Shown in pieces: positions 55,807 to 64,000 of a stretch of 64,000 nucleotides of DNA. Position numbers and translations under genes: made by a program. This DNA comes from Octopus vulgaris (lineage: Eukaryota): contig OX597832.1 in NCBI GenBank assembly GCA_951406725.2, positions 61,628,001 to 61,692,000 of the forward strand. Reading direction: 5' to 3'. The notes beneath the pieces were generated by a model. It saw only the letters and a program-made list of their open reading frames with translations. It did not search any database and was not told the DNA's origin. The stretch's first letter is position 1. The number at the start of each line of letters is the position of its first letter.

Positions 55807-56317
55807 GGATGAATAGCTAGATAGATAGATGGGTAGAAAGATAGATTAATTAAACGACATACATGCAAGTAATCTCAGTCACATATGTACAAGCATTTTT
55901 GTGGTAAATAGGAATTGCACGTTAATGTCGGTTGCGCATGAGTATGTTCGTTTGTGTACTTGTACGTAGGGGATGCTTGAGTGTACGCCTCTTTGTATTC
56001 GTCTTTGCTCACATCACATTCTCTAACCTTGCGGTTCGACAAAATGATCGAACGAAAAACCTTACTATCAAAATACAAGCAGTACCTGAGATCAATTCTG
56101 TTGAACCATAATCTTTAAGGCGAGCAAATGACTGATGCTAGGAGAAGAATGATCGAGTAGGGGCTACTGCAGTTTCTCCCTTAGCTTCAATATATTCCTA
56201 TGTGTGGTCATAAAGTTTAAAAGCTACGGTAGGATCACGTATGTATATATGCACACACACACACACACACACATATATATGTGTGTGTGTGTCTATGATA
56301 GATATGGATGTATACGG

Positions 56318-56352
<35 letters not shown>

Positions 56353-56395
56353 CATATATAAATACATATATTATATATATATATATACACACACG

Positions 56396-56431
<36 letters not shown>

Positions 56432-56529
56432 CCGGAGTAAACACATAAATGTGAAACAAGGTGGAAAAAAGAGTACTCAAATACCAGTGGTAGAGTAATA
56501 TGCTTTATTTTAAGCAGCAGAAAATTCAA

Positions 56530-56579
56530 CAAAATCTGTTACTCTGAGTTTCTCGTTGCCGTTCATCAGACAGTTTTTG
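56530..56579 (-). ncRNA. Minimal type I hammerhead ribozyme (predicted), left arm of the PLE
   Basis: Reverse complement of 59681-59730. Confidence 0.75.
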
Positions 56580-57732
56580 CTAGAATGGAACATATATATT
56601 AATTCAATCTATACTCTTACAAACGCTACACCTTTAAAAAGAAATGGACTTGTTTGATTGGCCCTTTAGAAAAAACGGTCAATCTTCGAGCGATAAACAA
56701 AAAGGTCAAAAATATATGTATATATATATAAAAAACTTATAAAAATTATAAAATCCGAGGAAAAAACCGAGGAAAAAACCGAGGAAAAAACCTATTGCCG
56801 TTAATGAAGACAGTACAAATTAATGCATAGAAATTAAACCTGTTATAAATACTGCAATACATATTTATATTAAAATCCACATATATATATCAACATACAC
56901 AAAAGGATGCGCGTAAACGCCATACATACATATACAGACGTATGAATATGAATCTAAATTATACACATAAAAGCATGTGTACATATATTCACGCAAACCG
57001 TCTCGCACGCAAGCTAAAATTCATCTATGTAGCAATTCTCATATACTGAGCAAGGAGGGGGAACGAAAGAAAGGGAAAGAGAGAAAAAAGAAATGAAGGA
57101 GGGGTGGGGAAAACTTGTAGCGATATTATTGGCATCTATAGAGGCCAGTATACATACACAAGTTTGAATTGATACATATACATACCGTCGTGTGTATGCG
57201 TGCTTACGCACAAGCATACTTTCACTTACACATACACAGATACGCATGCTTACAAATATATATGCTTTGCTATATACAAACTTATATAAACATTCTAAAT
57301 TTGACAACATTGCTTTTTTTAAAAAAAACATTGCTTTTAAAAAATGGGTGCATTAATAAAAATATATACGAAAGACATATAAAATAAAATATAACATCCT
57401 ATTTTGGGTCATTTATAAATAATCAAGGTAATATAAATAATCAAGGTAATCTTATGCAATACAATAACATGAAAACAAAGTTTGTAGGTTTTTCCTAATA
57501 TATATGTAGAAACAATAAGACTTTGCTATATGTCCGTCGTAGCGCTCAAGAGTCAAAATCAAAATAAAAAAAATCAAAATACAAAATATATACAAAATAT
57601 AATGTAAGAGGCGAAATTTCTGCAACAAGAATAGCTAACCTTCAGGGTTCTTCTATTAAATATTCTGTAGAATTTATGACCCTGCCTAAAATGCTTAGAG
57701 ACTAATCTCAAAAATTCTTTACCTATATTAGT

Positions 57733-57965
57733 CTATACGGCCAAATTGAAAGCCGGGTTGAACCACAAAACTTTCCTGGTCCTAGTTCTTCGTGCAGCAT
57801 TATTATTAGCATTAAGCTGGTTGAACTGGATCTTCTCCGAGAATCCACTATTCTTTAATGCGCTATCGTAATAAGGTGCAGCATTATGGAATGCTGCCTC
57901 GTCCGAAGAAATTGAAGATATTCTTCTACCTACATTGCTGACTAAGTTGCTAAGGATAACTGGTG
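57733..57965 (-). pseudogene. PLE ORF fragment (post-RT thumb/linker region) on the inverted copy
   Basis: PPVILSNLVSNVGRRISSISSDEAAFHNAAPYYDSALKNSGF...RTRKVLWFNPAF resembles the PLE '(H)PP...RR...SS...F...Y..AL..SG(Y/F)' region. It is the natural upstream continuation of the plus-strand ORF. Confidence 0.75.
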
Positions 57966-58666
57966 GAAGAACTAGGACCAGGAAAGTTTTGTGGTTCAAC
58001 CCGGCTTTCAATTTGGCCGTAAAGACTAATATAGGTAAAGAATTTTTGAGATTAGTCTCTAAGCATTTTAGGCAGGGTCATAAATTCTACAGAATATTTA
58101 ATAGAAGAACCCTGAAGGTTAGCTATTCTTGTTGCAGAAATTTCGCCTCTTACATTAGCCAACATAATAGGAAGCTAATTGAGATTAGACATGGTGCCGA
58201 GCCCATTAAGAAATGTAATTTCAAAAACGAAAGCTCCTGTCCGTTAGAAGGGAAATGTCTAGTGAAAGGAGTAGTTTATAGAGCCAAGGTGCAAGTGGAA
58301 GGCTCATCGGAATACAAGACATACACAGGGGCTTCAGAAAATTCATTTAAAACAAGATTTTATTCTCATAAGAATTCTTTTAAATACCCAGAGAACAGAA
58401 AGAAAACCAGCCTAGCAAAATATGTCTGGGAACTAAAAGAAAAGGAAGCCCCACCTTTCAACGTGACATGGAGCATTCTGGACAGGGCGACACCATACAG
58501 GCATGGAGCTTACAAATATAATTTCAAGTGCAGGCTCTGCTTATTAGAAAAAATGCACATATTATTCAAAGACAATAATTCTTTGAATCAAAGAAGTGAA
58601 TTAATGAACTTATGTAGGCACACGGCTAAATTTAAAATGTCGAATATAAATATACCATATGGATAG
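57935..58666 (+). CDS. Penelope-like retroelement C-terminal linker and GIY-YIG endonuclease (5'-truncated; first ~10 codons come from the inversion junction)
   Basis: KVLWFNPAF...IFNRRTLKVSYSC, a Cys linker CNFKNESSCPLEGKC, GVVY...TYTG (GIY-YIG variant), FKTRFYSH, and C-terminal CRLCLLEK...LNQRSELMNLCRH. Confidence 0.88.
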   Translation: MLTKLLRITGGRTRTRKVLWFNPAFNLAVKTNIGKEFLRLVSKHFRQGHKFYRIFNRRTLKVSYSCCRNFASYISQHNRKLIEIRHGAEPIKKCNFKNESSCPLEGKCLVKGVVYRAKVQVEGSSEYKTYTGASENSFKTRFYSHKNSFKYPENRKKTSLAKYVWELKEKEAPPFNVTWSILDRATPYRHGAYKYNFKCRLCLLEKMHILFKDNNSLNQRSELMNLCRHTAKFKMSNINIPYG

Positions 58667-59680
58667 AGTATATATTTTGTATTTTGATTTTTTTTATTTT
58701 GATTTTGACTCTTGAGCGCTACGACGGACATATAGCAAAGTCTTATTGTTTCTACATATATATTAGGAAAAACCTACAAACTTTGTTTTCATGTTATTGT
58801 ATTGCATAAGATTACCTTGATTATTTATATTACCTTGATTATTTATAAATGACCCAAAATAGGATGTTATATTTTATTTTATATGTCTTTCGTATATATT
58901 TTTATTAATGCACCCATTTTTTAAAAGCAATGTTTTTTTTAAAAAAAGCAATGTTGTCAAATTTAGAATGTTTATATAAGTTTGTATATAGCAAAGCATA
59001 TATATTTGTAAGCATGCGTATCTGTGTATGTGTAAGTGAAAGTATGCTTGTGCGTAAGCACGCATACACACGACGGTATGTATATGTATCAATTCAAACT
59101 TGTGTATGTATACTGGCCTCTATAGATGCCAATAATATCGCTACAAGTTTTCCCCACCCCTCCTTCATTTCTTTTTCTCTCTTTCCCTTTCTTTCGTTCC
59201 CCCTCCTTGCTCAGTATATGAGAATTGCTACATAGATGAATTTTAGCTTGCGTGCGAGACGGTTTGCGTGAATATATGTACACATGCTTTTATGTGTATA
59301 ATTTAGATTCATATTCATACGTCTGTATATGTATGTATGGCGTTTACGCGCATCCTTTTGTGTATGTTGATATATATATGTGGATTTTAATATAAATATG
59401 TATTGCAGTATTTATAACAGGTTTAATTTCTATGCATTAATTTGTACTGTCTTCATTAACGGCAATAGGTTTTTTCCTCGGTTTTTTCCTCGGTTTTTTC
59501 CTCGGATTTTATAATTTTTATAAGTTTTTTATATATATATACATATATTTTTGACCTTTTTGTTTATCGCTCGAAGATTGACCGTTTTTTCTAAAGGGCC
59601 AATCAAACAAGTCCATTTCTTTTTAAAGGTGTAGCGTTTGTAAGAGTATAGATTGAATTAATATATATGTTCCATTCTAG

Positions 59681-59730
59681 CAAAAACTGTCTGATGAACG
59701 GCAACGAGAAACTCAGAGTAACAGATTTTG
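59681..59730 (+). ncRNA. Minimal type I hammerhead ribozyme (predicted), right arm of the PLE
   Basis: CAAAAACTGT-CTGATGA-ACGGCAACGA-GAAA-CTCAGAG-TA-ACAGATTTTG: stem I CTGT/ACAG extended by CAAAA/TTTTG, core CUGAUGA and GAAA, near-palindromic stem III, GUA triplet. Confidence 0.8.
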
Positions 59731-59756
59731 TTGAATTTTCTGCTGCTTAAAATAAA

Positions 59757-59810
<54 letters not shown>

Positions 59811-59825
59811 GGTGGCTAGACAAGA

Positions 59826-59856
<31 letters not shown>

Positions 59857-60501
59857 CGTGTGTGCGTTTGAGTGTGTGCGTCTGTGTCTGTATTTCTCCG
59901 TATTTCCATGAGGTGAAGACGCTGACAAGATGGCGGTTGTTAGTGAAGGAGTTGCCGGGAGTTGTTAGTTTGATTTGTCAGTGAGATAAGAAGACATTGA
60001 AACGAAGGTTTTTGTGGTTTTAATAAGGTAAAGGTTGACTCTGTGCCTCCCCACACGCGACATCTTCACCTTTCCACCCTCCCCTTCGCTCACATGTACG
60101 TAGAATCTATTGTGTTGGTCATAACGGCAATAATGGGGACTGGTAAATAGCGTCTAGACAGGCCAGCTGTCGTGTGATTAGCCCGCAGTGGTAAAGAGAT
60201 GGAGGACGAGGTAGAGAGAGAGAGAGTGAAGAGAGAGAAGCAAAGCGGGGGTGACAGGCAGAGAGAAAGTGATGGAGTTGGAAAGAAAGCGGGGGTGGAG
60301 GAAGTTGTGAAAAGGGAGAGAGAAAGGGAGAAAGAGAGAGAGAGAGAGAGTGTGTGTGTGTGTGTGTGTGTGCGTGTGCGTGCTTGTAGGTGTTCGTATA
60401 AGTTTTTAATGTGAGTGTATTTGTTTTTTTGTGGCGGGGGGCGGGTGTAGGATCGAACAAATATAGAATGATGGATATACAGAAAGAAAATTAGAAGAGC
60501 G

Positions 60502-60546
<45 letters not shown>

Positions 60547-60742
60547 GAGAAAGAGTGTGACAGAGAGCGAGCAAACAGACGGACAGACATATAGCTAGAC
60601 AGAGGGACAGAGAGACAGACAGCCAGACAGTCAGATAGATAGAGAAAGAGTGAAAGAGAAAGAGAGAGATACACAGAGATAATGAGAAGAGAGTGGAAAG
60701 AATGATAGAAACAGATAAACAGACATACAGACAGACAGACAT

Positions 60743-60773
<31 letters not shown>

Positions 60774-60854
60774 TAGAGAGAGAGAAAGAGAGAGAAAGAG
60801 ACAGTCAGACAGACGGATAGATGGACAGACAGATAGACAGACAGACAGACAGAC

Positions 60855-60961
<107 letters not shown>

Positions 60962-61049
60962 GAGAGGGTGATAAACAGAGACAAAAAGAAGAGAGGGGAA
61001 AGAAAAAAGAAAGAAACTGACAGACGGTCAGACAGACAGACAGACAGGC

Positions 61050-61112
<63 letters not shown>

Positions 61113-61202
61113 GATAGGAGAGAGAGAGAGAGAGAGGAGTGACAGATAGACAGTAAGATAGATGGACAGACAAACTGACAGCTAGTCAAACAGATAGATA
61201 GG

Positions 61203-61333
<131 letters not shown>

Positions 61334-61945
61334 CGATTAAGCTAGTAATACAAGAGAAGAGAGGGCGAGGAAAGTGATAATGAACGATCGAGTTTAACGG
61401 AGAGTTGTTTAAGGCGGGGAAGTGACAGACGGCGGATAGTTAGTGAATGAGGGAGAGCGAAAAGTGATGAGGAAAGATCGAGTAATTAAAAGAAATTCTA
61501 CAACAGATAGAGGAATACGTAGAAAATATTTTAACAATGTATATTTATGAGAGAGAAGACGTATAAAAGAGGAAAAGGCAATGAGAACGAAAGAGGAAAG
61601 AGTATCGAATGAAAATGCGATAATGGGGGAGAGAGGGGGGGAAAAAGAAAAGAAAGACAGGAAAAGAAAGAGGGAGAGGCATAGCGGGGAAATAAATGAA
61701 AGAGCGTGTGAGAGAGTGTAGGGGAGGAGGGAGAAGGGACGAATGAGAGAGAGGAGGAGAGAAGTGCAGGGAAAGCGGGGTGTGAGGTATTCATTGAAAA
61801 TGAGTCTTCGTAATCTCAGTTGAAACACGAAAATACGATACTCAGTGCAGCAAGGGAGAAATAGCTTTAGCTTTGAATAAAAACTGCTTTTCTTCTACCA
61901 AATACATGCGTTTGTGTGTGTGTGTGTGTGTGTGTATGTGTGTGT

Positions 61946-62018
<73 letters not shown>

Positions 62019-63928
62019 GTATATATGTGTGTATATATATATACATATATATATACATGTGTGTATGTGTGTATGTGTGTGTGAGTGTGTGTTTGTGTGT
62101 GTCTGTATATATATATATATGGGGGGTGTAGGTGTGTGTGTGGGGGGTGTATTATATAGCGCCTCCAGCTACACAGACAAATCCTGGTAGACCCGCCAAA
62201 CTATTCACTACAAACGAACACGACTTATCTTGAATTTCCACACACACACGCACACACACGCACACACACACACACACACACATGTAACTGGGTAAGTCAT
62301 TGCTCATTACTCAGAGTAATACAGAGTGATGGACATACATATATACATATATACATGCATGCGTGCATAGATACACATATGTGTATATACGTTGTAAATC
62401 ACACAGTACAGAGCTAAAAGTAGATGTATCAACAATGGATTCACAAGACGCTGGTCAAGTGGAATATACTAGAAAAGCTATAATCAGCAAGTTAACATTG
62501 TTGCTTGAAACGGATAACAATATAAATTTAAATTCGGGTAACATGTGTGACATTTAAAGACAGATATACGTAGAATATACACTCGTTTCGAAATATAAAC
62601 GAAGACTCATTTGTGGGCTATGATCAACAAATAAAGAGGACCGTAAAAACCAATGCAATCTTTTACTTATATAATTTGTGAGGTGCAGCTTGTTCACTGC
62701 TGAAAAATATTATATATTTTGGCAACCGAATATATTTGATCAACAGACGAGTAAGGTGATAAAATAATGCAAATAACAGCTTAGTTCTGAATTGTAATGA
62801 GGTTAAATATCTAGTGACGTCAAAGCAACTGAGCTGGCAATTGTACCACTGCAGTACGAAATACGACACCGTAAACACTACAGCTTATGTAGGTAGAGTA
62901 AAGTATTTGACGAATTAACCAATGAATACGAACGACAATTTACAGATTACAATAACTGAAAAACAGCGGAACAGAATGAAATTTAGCGACATCAGGCAGA
63001 AACTGCACAAGGTTGTACTATGAAAATTGAAGTGATTACGAATTTAGTGAAACCGAATATAATCATAAAAATTGACCAGGTCGTAAATAACGTTAACAGG
63101 GCAATACTTAGTAAGATATGCGGTAATACAATAGCGGCAAAATACAGTGTAATATATGGTGTAATGCCGAAATTGTGGGACAGACTGGGAATGTAGAGAC
63201 TGGAAGTAGGCAAGGGGGAGACTTTTTCCGTTTGCGAGAGTAAGGATCGTGCTAAATGAATGTGTGCGGAAGAGGAGAAGGGAATGAGATGTCGAATAGA
63301 AAAAATGGGATATAAATAAGTAGGTAAAAAAAGGAATGAGTTGGACGGAATCGTGTATACTTGAAGGGAATTATTTTGAGGCAGGAATGAAGTGAAGGAG
63401 GCACAAATGGGTCTTTGAGGCAGAATGAGTATGGGGAAGGTATTGAAAGTTTGGAGTGGGAATGCGAGTAGGGACTGATATGAAGATGTGGGGACAGGGA
63501 AAATTTGTGGGACGGGAATGAGAGAGTTTGAGGGAATGAGTTTGCGGGACAAGAAAAAGTTGTGGCAGGAAATGCGTATGCAGGAAGTGAACGAGTGTAT
63601 GCTGCGGGAATAAGTGTGTGGGATAAGAATGAATGTGTGGGATAAGAATGAATGTGTGGGATGGGATCGCCTATTTGGGAGAGGAATTAGTGCGGAGGAC
63701 GGCAGAGTGTTGCGGGGTAAGAATGAGTAATTGGGAAAGAAAAGAGTCTACCAGCTGGTGATGGATGTGTTGTGGGGAGAATGAGTATCAGGAGAGAGAG
63801 ATGTGTGTAGGGTGACAGCAAGAGATGTGAAACTTTCTGGTGGTTTGCAATGTCGATAAGCAATGTAATGACGACGGTGGCGGCAGTGTTGATGAGGTGG
63901 TGGTCGTCGTATTGGTGGTGAATAGTGG

Positions 63929-63951
63929 TGATGATGATGATAATGAAGAAG

Positions 63952-63996
<45 letters not shown>
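63929..63996. repeat. (GAT)n microsatellite
   Basis: Directly visible. Confidence 0.93.
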
Positions 63997-64000
63997 TAAG

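Larger units (their letters stand above)
56431..59757. mobile_element. Penelope-like element: two 5'-truncated copies joined head-to-head, giving ~1.09-kb inverted arms, in (TA)n
   Basis: 56503-57593 is the reverse complement of 58668-59757, and 57600-57790 is the reverse complement of 57966-58156. A GIY-YIG ORF lies in the middle and HHR motifs lie near both outer ends. Confidence 0.93.

Noticed and set aside
57014-59283. Mirror-image ORF pairs (57014-57331/58930-59235 and 57169-57387/58874-59092)
   Set aside because: By-products of the inverted repeat in the AT-rich PLE 3' region; low complexity, and one pair is frameshifted relative to each other.
59927-59940. YY1-like CAAGATGGCGG motif or possible gene start (similar motif near 35903)
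   Set aside because: A single short motif; the ATG frame closes after about 12 codons and there is no supporting exon structure.
62992-63800. 186-aa minus-strand ORF and short GAATGA-type repeats
   Set aside because: Purine-biased low-complexity sequence with no protein motif; the repeats are irregular and not CRISPR-like.

Overview
AT-rich, extremely microsatellite-dense eukaryotic DNA with no identifiable host protein-coding gene. The mix of tRNA-derived SINEs and (TA)n/(CA)n/(GATA)n tracts suggests a cephalopod, probably Octopus (inference). Almost all six-frame ORFs are microsatellite artefacts. Real coding signal is transposon-derived: a frameshifted CR1/L2-group LINE reverse transcriptase (RT) at ~49.3-50.7 kb; a 5'-truncated L1/Tx1-type ORF2 in (GATA)n at 53.0-54.9 kb, with a second 3' copy; a young Penelope-like element (PLE) with a GIY-YIG endonuclease in a head-to-head ~1.09 kb inverted-repeat arrangement at 56.4-59.8 kb; an old PLE remnant at 11.4-11.9 kb; and mariner remnants. 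The main hidden theme is a set of hammerhead-ribozyme (HHR) motifs, read by eye. They occur in the PLE termini, in a non-coding 594-bp tandem/inverted unit, downstream of a tRNA-like SINE head, and in several short elements sitting in (TA)n tracts. Together they suggest a family of ribozyme-bearing, PLE-mobilised non-autonomous elements. Coordinates were counted by hand and may be off by a few bases.
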